Shown: positions 10,070-17,624 of the stretch, piece by piece
How the letters are laid out: every line of letters begins with the position of its first letter
Position numbering within the stretch: the first letter of the stretch is position 1
From: Eubacteriales bacterium
GTDB taxonomy: Bacteria > Bacillota > Clostridia > Oscillospirales > CAG-382
NCBI GenBank assembly: GCA_045532035.1
Contig: JAZSFD010000048.1
Span: 34,755-98,754 of the forward strand
Direction of reading: 5' to 3'
Length of the DNA: 64,000 nucleotides
Notes under the pieces: model-generated
Seen by the model: only the letters and a program-made list of their open reading frames with translations
Told to the model about the DNA's origin: nothing
Database searches by the model: none
Made by a program: the position numbers and the translations under genes

Positions 10070-11068
10070 ATGGCATTGTTTGAAAATTATGAAAGACGCG
10101 TTGACAAAATCAACGCTGTACTTGCCGAATACGGAATCGGCTCTATTGAAGAATGTCGCGAGATCACCCTTGCAAAGGGCATCGACTGCGATAAGATCGT
10201 AAAAGAAACTCAGCCTATCTGCTTCGAAAACGCAGTTTGGGCATACACTGTCGGTGCAGCTATCGCAATCAAGAAGGGCTGCACAAAGGCTGCTGACGCC
10301 GCTGCTGCAATCGGTATCGGACTTCAGGCTTTCTGTATTCCCGGCTCTGTTGCTGAAAACCGTAAGGTTGGTCTCGGCCACGGAAACCTCGGTTCGATGC
10401 TTCTCTCGGAAGAAACAGAATGCTTCTGCTTCCTTGCAGGTCACGAATCCTTTGCTGCTGCTGAAGGTGCTATCAAGATTGCCCTCAACGCAAACAAGGT
10501 AAGAACAAAGCCTCTTCGCGTTATCCTCAACGGTCTCGGCAAGGATGCCGCTTTCATTATCTCGAGAATCAACGGCTTCACATATGTCAAGACAGAATTC
10601 AACGCTAACACCGAAGAGATCAAGGTTGTTTCCGAAACTCCTTACTCCGACGGTCCCAGAGCGAAGGTTAAGTGCTACGGCGCTGACAACGTTCCCGAAG
10701 GCGTTGCTATCATGAGACTTGAAAATGTTGGCGTTTCCATCACCGGTAACTCCACCAACCCCACAAGATTCCAGCATCCCGTTGCAGGTACCTACAAGAA
10801 GTGGTGTACAGAAAACGGCGTGAACTACTTCTCTGTTGCATCGGGCGGCGGTACAGGTCGTACACTTCATCCCGACAACATGGCAGCAGGCCCCGCTTCC
10901 TACGGCATGACAGATACCATGGGACGTATGCACTCTGACGCTCAGTTTGCAGGCTCGTCCTCTGTTCCCGCACACGTTGAAATGATGGGACTTATAGGCA
11001 TGGGTAACAACCCCATGGTTGGTGCTACAGTTGCTGTGGCTGTTGCGGTTGAAGAAGCTTCAAAGTAA
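10070..11068 (+). CDS. GGGtGRT family protein (function unknown)
   Basis: 332 aa containing the eponymous motif SGGGTGRTLHPD. The last 22 codons overlap the attL core of the integrated element. Confidence 0.85.
   Translation: MALFENYERRVDKINAVLAEYGIGSIEECREITLAKGIDCDKIVKETQPICFENAVWAYTVGAAIAIKKGCTKAADAAAAIGIGLQAFCIPGSVAENRKVGLGHGNLGSMLLSEETECFCFLAGHESFAAAEGAIKIALNANKVRTKPLRVILNGLGKDAAFIISRINGFTYVKTEFNANTEEIKVVSETPYSDGPRAKVKCYGADNVPEGVAIMRLENVGVSITGNSTNPTRFQHPVAGTYKKWCTENGVNYFSVASGGGTGRTLHPDNMAAGPASYGMTDTMGRMHSDAQFAGSSSVPAHVEMMGLIGMGNNPMVGATVAVAVAVEEASK
11002..11037. repeat. attL core (36-bp perfect direct repeat)
   Basis: GGGTAACAACCCCATGGTTGGTGCTACAGTTGCTGT, identical to 21794..21829. Confidence 0.85.
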
Positions 11069-11106
11069 GCCTTATACAAGGGTTTTCACAACTTAAATAA
11101 AAAACT

Positions 11107-11142
11107 GGAGTTCTGATTCAGACGAGTCAGAACTCCTTTTTT
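11107..11142 (+). terminator. Rho-independent terminator supplied by the element for the GGGtGRT gene
   Basis: Stem GGAGTTCTGA / TCAGAACTCC followed by TTTTTT. Confidence 0.8.
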
Positions 11143-11160
11143 GGTCACATTTGGTCACAT
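11141..11160. repeat. Tandem TTGGTCACAT x2, putative integrase arm-type site (left)
   Basis: The 18-nt string TGGTCACATTTGGTCACA (11142-11159) is identical to 21673-21690. An inverted half-site TGTGAC follows at 11165-11170. Confidence 0.6.
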
Positions 11161-11186
11161 TGTTTGTGACAGATAGGTATGTTTAG

Positions 11187-12140
11187 TTACTTGTTAGAGG
11201 TTAGATTGGGTATCAAAACAAATTTTGTTTCCGAGTCTGATAGCTCATTATTTCGTTTTTGTATCAGGTCAATAGTCATTTGACGGCTGAACCCAATCTT
11301 GAAAGCATTACTGCAAATAATATCAAACTGCCTTGAACTATCCTCGAATGTATATCCGTTATAGTTGAGAAGCTTTTCGGCATATCCATAATTCAATCCT
11401 AAAAGGAACGCTATATTCACAAAAAGCTTTTTGTCAAATTGTTTTTCACAGGATGAAGCATTTTGAAAGTCGTTATAAACGGTTTTGGATATTCCTGCGA
11501 ATTTCAAAGATTCGTTGTAATTGTTCTTTTTTGGCGTTGTAACATAATCTTCTTTGTAGTGTTTGTCATTCTCACACTCTTTTAGAAACTCTCTGTATGT
11601 CATTGTTTTGAGCATTTCTTTGTCTTTGAATGCTCTTATAGTGATAGTGACATCACAAAAACTCTGCTCAGAAATCACATCGTGAAGTTTTGCACGGTAG
11701 CAGGATTTGTTTTCTGGCTTGAATATTTCAAGAATCTTTTCATAATCACCAGATAGAAAATCATTGCTGATATACTTTGATGTTTTTTCTGGTGCAAAGA
11801 AACTACTCAACTGATTGTCATAAGTGTCCTTAGGATATTCATAAATGCCATTGCCAAAATCAAGCGTTACAGAGAGTCTTTCTTTATACCTTATATAAGC
11901 AAGAGCTTTTTTGAATTTTTCAGAAAGGTAAATGCTGTTTTTGCCGTTCTGTTCTATGTCTTTGTTGTAATGTTCTTCCCATTCAAGACAAAATGCCTCT
12001 AACTTATCAAGGTATTCCTCATCCGTATCGTAGTTTTCTCTTTTTACAACCTCGTGACAAGCAATAAGCCAGTCAGCCAGTTGCATATAGTTTTTGCTTT
12101 TCAAATCTTCTTCAAAAAGCTCACACGACCAATAATTCAT
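11187..12140 (-). CDS. Hypothetical protein with unknown N-terminal domain and C-terminal HTH-associated tail
   Basis: 317 aa with RBS GGTGGTGGA. The C-terminal segment IAFLLGLNYGYAEKLLNYNGYTFEDSSRQFDIICSNAFKIGF matches the (A)GY-x-F/L-S...FD-x-II tail that I recall following XRE-type HTH domains in Firmicutes. Confidence 0.4.
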   Translation of the reverse strand: MNYWSCELFEEDLKSKNYMQLADWLIACHEVVKRENYDTDEEYLDKLEAFCLEWEEHYNKDIEQNGKNSIYLSEKFKKALAYIRYKERLSVTLDFGNGIYEYPKDTYDNQLSSFFAPEKTSKYISNDFLSGDYEKILEIFKPENKSCYRAKLHDVISEQSFCDVTITIRAFKDKEMLKTMTYREFLKECENDKHYKEDYVTTPKKNNYNESLKFAGISKTVYNDFQNASSCEKQFDKKLFVNIAFLLGLNYGYAEKLLNYNGYTFEDSSRQFDIICSNAFKIGFSRQMTIDLIQKRNNELSDSETKFVLIPNLTSNK

Positions 12141-12152
12141 ATTTCCACCACC

Positions 12153-12190
12153 ATAAAAATGCCGCCAGAACGATTAAACATTCTGACGGC
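12153..12190 (-). terminator. Rho-independent terminator about 13 nt upstream of the 317-aa gene start codon
   Basis: On the minus strand: GCCGTCAGAA, a 10-nt loop, TTCTGGCGGC (one G-U pair), then ATTTTTAT. Confidence 0.6.
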
Positions 12191-12343
12191 TTTTCTCCTG
12201 CCCGTAAGGGCAGGGTAGTCCTCTTTTTTTCTCAACCATTAGTACTTCCTGCCTCTGTCTTTACTTGTGAGTACAGATATGAGAGAGGTGAGAGTTTGTC
12301 CCACATTGTATTATATGGTTGAGGTTGTCAGAATATAACTTAT

Positions 12344-13735
12344 TTATTGTTTATCCTTATATGGCGTATCTTTAAAGCCTTTATCTTTCAGCTTCATTAC
12401 TATTCTATCTATTACAGCTTTCCAAGCCTTTTTAAACCACGCTGTCTCTCCAAACCATTTTACAAGCGCTGGACTGATTGCGTAATATGTTTTTATAAAA
12501 GTTCTGCCATACCAAGTCTTTGAAAGCTGACTATCCCTGAATCGACGAAGTCTCCATACTTCTGGGCAGTCGTATGAGCCATATACACAGGTGGCTATAT
12601 AACATCCACCCTCACCACTTTCTCCATTGGTTATAGCACGCATATGTTCTTCAAGGTTTCCTTCTATTTTTAACTTGGTAGGAAAGCTTAAATAGTGTTG
12701 GCTTTCATACATTCCTTCATAACCTATAACAATGGTTTTGCCATTTATACATTCAATAGAATAATACTTTCCGCATTTTTCGTTAATTTCATCACAAATA
12801 TTACTATCACAAAAATAACGAATAATTCTTTTTATATTACGGTTATTTTCTGGTGTGTTTGAAAAAAGTCGATTGCTACCATTATTATATTTTCTAATAA
12901 TTTCCACACTATATTTACACTCATCAATAAATGCAGATAGATAAGGTGCTACATCATCATACACTTTTAAACTTTCGGGGATGACTGCATGTTGATTATT
13001 GTTAGCATAAATCTGACCCCCGTCTGATGAAATGCTTGTTAACTCTCCATTTGAGTAGGAGAATTTTCCATTCTCATCGTTTAACACAAAACCATAGTTG
13101 TAGTATGTATAAGCACATTCTTTGTTATAACACAAATCAATAATGTGCTGTGAAAACTCCAGTGATGCTTTGTTATATGTATCAATAAGGTTATTTACGT
13201 TATTTACCATCAAGTTTATTTCTTCGATTAGGTGTTCAACATCGTAATTAAACCTTTTGGAGATTTGTTGAATGTAATTTAAATGTTTTTTAATATCAGA
13301 AATACACTTTTCATATCTGCGAATGCTACCACTCAACAGAGGATTGCAACGACAGCTTTTTCTAGGGTAGTCGTAAGAAAACAGTTTTTGATAATTGAGA
13401 TACTGCTGTTCTGATGTGTAAACTGTATAACAGTACTTAGCACACGCAAACCAAACTACAGGATTGTTAGAAGAAGTTCGTTCGAGTTTATTAAGAATGT
13501 TTTCAGCTTCTTTGAACTTTCCGATGATAGTCAAGCTCTCAACATTTTTTATATCTTCATCAACATCATTTATTCCTTTTACCGATACAGGATTATCTAC
13601 CTCAACTAATAATTTTTTGGCAGCTTCTGGAGTATACTTTGTTCCACAAAATTGACAAACAAAATAATCTTCTTGTTTAACCAACTCATTACTTCCACAT
13701 AGTTCGCATTTTATTGCTTTTATTGTTTCTGACAT
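12344..13735 (-). CDS. Zinc-ribbon protein with conserved Cys-rich C-terminal module (cargo module A, gene 2)
   Basis: ORF 12344..13753 trimmed to the ATG at 13735, preceded by AAGGAG at 7-nt spacing. The N-terminus carries CELCGS-x16-CQFCGTKY. The C-terminus is GGCYIATCVYGSYDCPEVWRLRRFRD...WYGRTFIKTYYAISPALVKWFG. I recognise no enzymatic motif. Confidence 0.6.
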   Translation of the reverse strand: MSETIKAIKCELCGSNELVKQEDYFVCQFCGTKYTPEAAKKLLVEVDNPVSVKGINDVDEDIKNVESLTIIGKFKEAENILNKLERTSSNNPVVWFACAKYCYTVYTSEQQYLNYQKLFSYDYPRKSCRCNPLLSGSIRRYEKCISDIKKHLNYIQQISKRFNYDVEHLIEEINLMVNNVNNLIDTYNKASLEFSQHIIDLCYNKECAYTYYNYGFVLNDENGKFSYSNGELTSISSDGGQIYANNNQHAVIPESLKVYDDVAPYLSAFIDECKYSVEIIRKYNNGSNRLFSNTPENNRNIKRIIRYFCDSNICDEINEKCGKYYSIECINGKTIVIGYEGMYESQHYLSFPTKLKIEGNLEEHMRAITNGESGEGGCYIATCVYGSYDCPEVWRLRRFRDSQLSKTWYGRTFIKTYYAISPALVKWFGETAWFKKAWKAVIDRIVMKLKDKGFKDTPYKDKQ

Positions 13736-13757
13736 TTTATTCTCCTTTTTCATTTAG

Positions 13758-14375
13758 CTATTTAAGTAGTTTTTTATTTACTGCTTTGTATGCCTTGTTT
13801 GATATTACAACTGTAAGTAATGAAATGCAAGACACAATTAAAACTGTTATAGTACAAGAGCCGAGATTTATTGGTATTTTAACGCTTTTGAAACAATTAT
13901 TAAGCACTTGTAAAAGGCTGATTGAAAATATTATATCGAATATGAACGCAAAAACCCAAAAAGCTTCCAATGTTATATGCAATGGCTTATAATATAATAT
14001 TTGTCTTTTCTCGGATGAACAATATTTGTTCTCTATACTTTTAAGCCTCTTTTCAAGTTTCATAATTAATTCACGCGAAACATATATAGTACGTATACAG
14101 GATATCGTTCCAAACAATCCTATAAACGAACAAATAGAACAAGCTATATAGAGCAGACAAGATGTAGCATTATTATCAGAATAAATCTCAGAAAACAGCG
14201 TTGCGATTATTGCCAAAACTCCAATGGTAACAGCCAAATTAATTGTTATTACTGTTTGTGCTCCGTGCAAAGCATTTACAAATTCATTTGATAAAACACT
14301 ATACTGTGTTATTACAAAATCAGAATCATTGTTACCCATATTCTTTATACAACACTTTCTTTTCAATGATTTCAC
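13758..14375 (-). CDS. Four-TM membrane protein (cargo module A, gene 1)
   Basis: 205-aa ORF. The likely true start is the TTG at 14366, after AAGGGG. Four hydrophobic helices are visible, with an amphipathic loop between TM2 and TM3. Confidence 0.55.
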   Translation of the reverse strand: MKSLKRKCCIKNMGNNDSDFVITQYSVLSNEFVNALHGAQTVITINLAVTIGVLAIIATLFSEIYSDNNATSCLLYIACSICSFIGLFGTISCIRTIYVSRELIMKLEKRLKSIENKYCSSEKRQILYYKPLHITLEAFWVFAFIFDIIFSISLLQVLNNCFKSVKIPINLGSCTITVLIVSCISLLTVVISNKAYKAVNKKLLK

Positions 14376-14401
14376 CCCTTCGTTGTGAATTTTTCAAGAA
14401 T

Positions 14402-14430
14402 ATTATAACACATAATTTTCCAAAAGACAA
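14402..14430 (-). promoter_or_regulatory. Promoter of cargo module A (extended -10)
   Basis: On the minus strand: TTGTCT, a 17-nt spacer, TATAAT, with TGT immediately upstream of the -10. The palindrome at 14441-14454 lies directly upstream. Confidence 0.45.
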
Positions 14431-14440
14431 TACCTTTATG

Positions 14441-14454
14441 TCCGTTTAGACGGA
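14441..14454. repeat. 14-bp palindromic motif TCCGTTTAGACGGA (copy 1 of 3)
   Basis: The same 14-mer occurs at 15390-15403. Its reverse complement occurs at 18160-18173. All three copies are in island intergenic regions. Confidence 0.7.
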
Positions 14455-14484
14455 ATTATCATTTAATTTACAATTTGTTTTGTG

Positions 14485-15267
14485 CTATGGTGGTATATAT
14501 AGTTTAATTAAATAACAGAGTTCCTTTAATATATAGGAAGAATTATTTGTATTAAGACGTTTGTATAATCCATTAAATATATAAACGTTCAATATATATT
14601 TAATAGTTAAAATTAAATTAAGAAGTAGTATATATATTCTTTCTTTATTACATGAGAGTTTTTTGAGAAACAGAAAAGGGTTGCAAATGCCCTTGAATAC
14701 AAGGATTCTGGCGGTTTCATCAGCCGCACTTTTTCTGAACTTTAATCTGTTATCCCCGACAGCTTCTATTGCCTTGTAGAAACTGAGCTTGTCATTGTTA
14801 AGAACCCCTGCTTTGTCACAATCGAGCTTGCGGATGGCAAGGGATTGTTTTGCAAGGTACTCAACGGAAGCCTCTACATACGAATTGGCTTCGTTCTCCC
14901 AAGTTACTTTCCTTTTATATTTAGTGCGGAGGTGCTTCTTTAACATTTCCACAATGGTAGTGGCAGGGTTAGCGTACATCACAATGTGAATATGCGCGGG
15001 GACTTCGGGTTTAAGGCAGTACGGGTTTGTACGGACAAAGATTGTTCGGGGTCTGCCTCGTGTCCCCGTGTGGAGTGCTTGAACCTCTCCTGCACGTGGA
15101 TTATTCTTGCTTATACCGACAATGGCTTTGCAGGAGTAACCGTTCTTCTTGCAATGATAGTCAAGGAACGAAACGATTGCTTCCGCTTCTGCAACAGCTT
15201 CTTCAAAGCTTGTGAATAGTCCTGCCGACACATTCACACTCATAACATGGCTTACTCTATGGCTCAC
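14485..15267 (-). CDS. Hypothetical protein, possible HUH/Y1 (IS200-TnpA-like) nuclease fold
   Basis: GTG start after AAGGGGGTG. The segment PAHIHIVMYANPATTIVEMLKKHLRTKY...TWENEANSY...SVEYLAKQS resembles the D-HVH-LLV...P...LKG...W...Y...YI-x-x-Q layout of Y1 transposases. The last 70 or so codons run through very AT-rich DNA, so the true 3' end is uncertain. Confidence 0.35.
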   Translation of the reverse strand: MSHRVSHVMSVNVSAGLFTSFEEAVAEAEAIVSFLDYHCKKNGYSCKAIVGISKNNPRAGEVQALHTGTRGRPRTIFVRTNPYCLKPEVPAHIHIVMYANPATTIVEMLKKHLRTKYKRKVTWENEANSYVEASVEYLAKQSLAIRKLDCDKAGVLNNDKLSFYKAIEAVGDNRLKFRKSAADETARILVFKGICNPFLFLKKLSCNKERIYILLLNLILTIKYILNVYIFNGLYKRLNTNNSSYILKELCYLIKLYIPP

Positions 15268-15389
15268 GGTTACACCCCCTTTAAAAAATATCGTTTTCTA
15301 TATAAGTGCATATTTTTTCAAAAAAATAAATAGGAAAGGTGTTCGAGCAAACATTTTGTCGGCAATATGTCTTGTTTTTTGCCCAAAAT

Positions 15390-15403
15390 TCCGTTTAGAC
15401 GGA
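15390..15403. repeat. 14-bp palindromic motif TCCGTTTAGACGGA (copy 2 of 3)
   Basis: Identical to copy 1. It lies upstream of the 14485..15267 gene. Confidence 0.7.
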
Positions 15404-15458
15404 CACAAGTGTATTTACCTTTCTGAATTTATGTGCTAAAATAAGAATGTCAGCAAAC

Positions 15459-15485
15459 AAAAAAGCCGTCGGTTAAACCAACAGC
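15459..15485 (-). terminator. Rho-independent terminator ending the wHTH operon
   Basis: On the minus strand: GCTGTTGGTTTAACCGACGGC hairpin followed by TTTTTTG. Confidence 0.5.
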
Positions 15486-15511
15486 TAAAATGGGAAGAAA
15501 GAATAATGGCA

Positions 15512-15634
15512 TTACGGATAATCTTCATTCATATGCTCAATCCATAGTGAAAACTCCTTGTCGAAGTTTTGCATATACCACTCGTGCATATCATCTTCAA
15601 ATTCAAGATACTCTTTGTCGTCCTCTCTGTTCAT
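15512..15634 (-). CDS. Small acidic hypothetical protein (40 aa)
   Basis: Below the ORF-track cutoff. Sequence MNREDDKEYLEFEDDMHEWYMQNFDKEFSLWIEHMNEDYP. RBS GTGAGGT at 7 nt. It sits between the upstream gene and the terminator. Confidence 0.35.
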   Translation of the reverse strand: MNREDDKEYLEFEDDMHEWYMQNFDKEFSLWIEHMNEDYP

Positions 15635-15704
15635 CGTGTTACCTCACTTGTCTAAGATATTACATTTTATATATAAGCAAGGCTGTATATAAGAAAATAG
15701 TGCT

Positions 15705-16625
15705 TTACACCCACTTTCCAATATCAATCCCCGAAAACAATCTGTTCTTGCAGTTGTACCAGTGAAAAAATATATTTTCTCGATAATAATCTTCTTTGAG
15801 TTCGTTCCCTTTGATAGCAAGTAAATTCCTGTGAAGTTTTTTCTCGGTATGTTCGTTTCTTTCGGACAAGGAATAAATATCAAAAATATTTTTAATATTT
15901 ATATCTCCGAAAATGTCCTCAACCGCTTTTTCCGTTTTCGTGATAATCTCCGAGAGTTTGTCGGCATTTTTGTTTGTGCCGAACACAGCGAAGTGCAGAC
16001 ATATCCTGCCGTCATTGAAGCTTGCAGATTCAACATACACATCATTACTACGCAGGGTAAGCAAGTCATCTGACTTTACTCCTTGTCCGTTCAACTTTTC
16101 CTTTCGTCCTTTGATACTGCCCTTGATAAAAGCAATTTTCCTGTCAAGCTCATCAATGCTCCATTGAAGCGTTGAGAGATTGCTTTCTCCGTGTTGATTG
16201 AGGAATGTATATATCCTGTTAAGAATATCCCTGCTGTGATGTGGCTGAAAATACGAAAAGTTGCTCATGGTCAGCCGTGACTGAATTTTGATTAGCTCGT
16301 CTGGATTATAACGCTGTAACATCATTTCACACCACAGGGCGTTATGCAAAAGCATTTTGACTGTGATTCTTGCCTCTTTGTTTTCAAGGCAGAAATAGCT
16401 GAACACACTATGTTTTAATATAATAATGAAGTTTCTTCCTATTTTTTGCTGTTTGATTAACTTATGTTCAATCATTGAGTTAAGTATGTACGAAGCGTTC
16501 TTGCCTATCAGCTTTGCGAAATGTGTTCGGAAGATAACACCGCCACAGCCGAACAAAGCAATATAGAACTGCTTGTGGTACGTCCTTAACAATTCACTTT
16601 GTATTCGTGTCTGAATCTCATTCAT
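15705..16625 (-). CDS. Hypothetical protein, wHTH-like N-terminus (possible replication/relaxation function)
   Basis: 306 aa with RBS AAGGGGGA. It is the second gene of an operon with 16641..17234. I saw no catalytic motif. Confidence 0.3.
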   Translation of the reverse strand: MNEIQTRIQSELLRTYHKQFYIALFGCGGVIFRTHFAKLIGKNASYILNSMIEHKLIKQQKIGRNFIIILKHSVFSYFCLENKEARITVKMLLHNALWCEMMLQRYNPDELIKIQSRLTMSNFSYFQPHHSRDILNRIYTFLNQHGESNLSTLQWSIDELDRKIAFIKGSIKGRKEKLNGQGVKSDDLLTLRSNDVYVESASFNDGRICLHFAVFGTNKNADKLSEIITKTEKAVEDIFGDINIKNIFDIYSLSERNEHTEKKLHRNLLAIKGNELKEDYYRENIFFHWYNCKNRLFSGIDIGKWV

Positions 16626-16640
16626 TAAAATTCCCCCTTT

Positions 16641-17234
16641 CTATATTCGTTCCATTTCTAAGTTCCCGCCAATCGAGGCAACAGCCTCAATCTTCGCCTG
16701 TATTTCCATTTCTCCGTATGAGCTTGTTACCACCTCATAATAGCTGTCAATGCCGTACTGCAAGTCTGGCATTGAAATGCTGTGGTCTTGCAGGGCGTTA
16801 TATAACTGTTCGTACCTTTCGTACTCTCGGCTGTCGAGTAATTCCTGCAATCTGTCACGGAACTGGTCTCTGATTTCCGATTCCGTTCTCATAGTGGAGC
16901 GTTCTTCTGCTGACAACGACAGTATCTTGTTCATAAGCTGAATGTCGTGTTCAACCCCTGTGGAAGAATAGAACTTTCTATCGGCAAGGCTGTCTATATG
17001 TTCCCGAACCCAGAGCTTTCCTTGTTCGGATATACGGTATATCTCTTGACGAACACCGTCTTTTGAAGTGTGGGAACACTTCTCAATCGTTTTGTCAAGC
17101 ACGAAATTCTTGAGGCGATTAGACGAAATGAATTGAAGTGCCTGTTGTTTTGTGCAAATCCCCGAACAGCGTAGGCTGTTAAGAAAGTCAACGTCACGAT
17201 GATTGACGGTTTGCACATAATGTGATTTTCTCAA
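16641..17234 (-). CDS. Hypothetical protein, wHTH-like, replication-relaxation-like
   Basis: ORF trimmed to the in-frame TTG at 17234, 4 nt after AGGAGGTGA. The N-terminal RDVDFLNSLRCSGICTKQQALQF and the later VEHDIQLMN recall the Replic_Relax layout. Support is weak. Confidence 0.3.
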   Translation of the reverse strand: MRKSHYVQTVNHRDVDFLNSLRCSGICTKQQALQFISSNRLKNFVLDKTIEKCSHTSKDGVRQEIYRISEQGKLWVREHIDSLADRKFYSSTGVEHDIQLMNKILSLSAEERSTMRTESEIRDQFRDRLQELLDSREYERYEQLYNALQDHSISMPDLQYGIDSYYEVVTSSYGEMEIQAKIEAVASIGGNLEMERI

Positions 17235-17338
17235 AAAATCACCTCCTTGTACGCTCCTGCGAGACCGAGCGAAATGAAACAATTTAAGTAACATTCACGG
17301 CATCGGGAATGTGGTAGCTCTGCTGACTTAAATTGTGT

Positions 17339-17357
17339 GTGATACTTTTGGTATCAC
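17339..17357. repeat. Perfect inverted repeat GTGATAC-TTTTG-GTATCAC
   Basis: Read directly from the sequence, in the divergent intergenic region between the wHTH operon and ardA. Confidence 0.7.
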
Positions 17358-17364
17358 GAGTGTA

Positions 17365-17376
17365 GCGAGGTCTCGC
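17365..17376. repeat. Palindrome GCGAG-GT-CTCGC with a distal partner TGCGAGACC at 17258-17266
   Basis: GGTCTCGCA (17369-17377) is the reverse complement of TGCGAGACC (17258-17266). Confidence 0.6.
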
Positions 17377-17624
17377 AAGAAAATATTAAATATATTTTTA
17401 TTATTCTACTGTAATGAACATCGTTTTATAACTAAATACCGACAAAAACAGACATTTTATTTGGTTGGAACATATTTTGGGGTATTTAGTATCTGTTGTC
17501 ACAAAAAGAAAATGACCGCCGACAAAATATCGTGCGGTCTATAATTATGCCGTTATATTCGACAATCCTCGACAGTATAATCTAATATCCAATAAAGATA
17601 TAGATATATGAGAGGAGAATGGAT

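Noticed and set aside
9368-10975. 535-aa ORF on the minus strand spanning the NifU-like and GGGtGRT genes
   Set aside because: It is antisense to two genes with clear family motifs (GGGTGRT, IscU-like). Its product is low-complexity, Cys/Val/Ser-rich and has no motif. It is a shadow ORF produced by the codon bias of the sense genes.
11141-11160. Tandem TTGGTCACAT repeats as a mini CRISPR or other repeat array
   Set aside because: There are only two adjacent copies with no spacers. The matching copy at the other island end argues for recombinase arm sites instead.
17335-17544. 69-aa plus-strand ORF in the island divergent region
   Set aside because: It starts with GTG and has no RBS. It runs through the inverted repeats and AT-rich promoter DNA, and its product is not protein-like.
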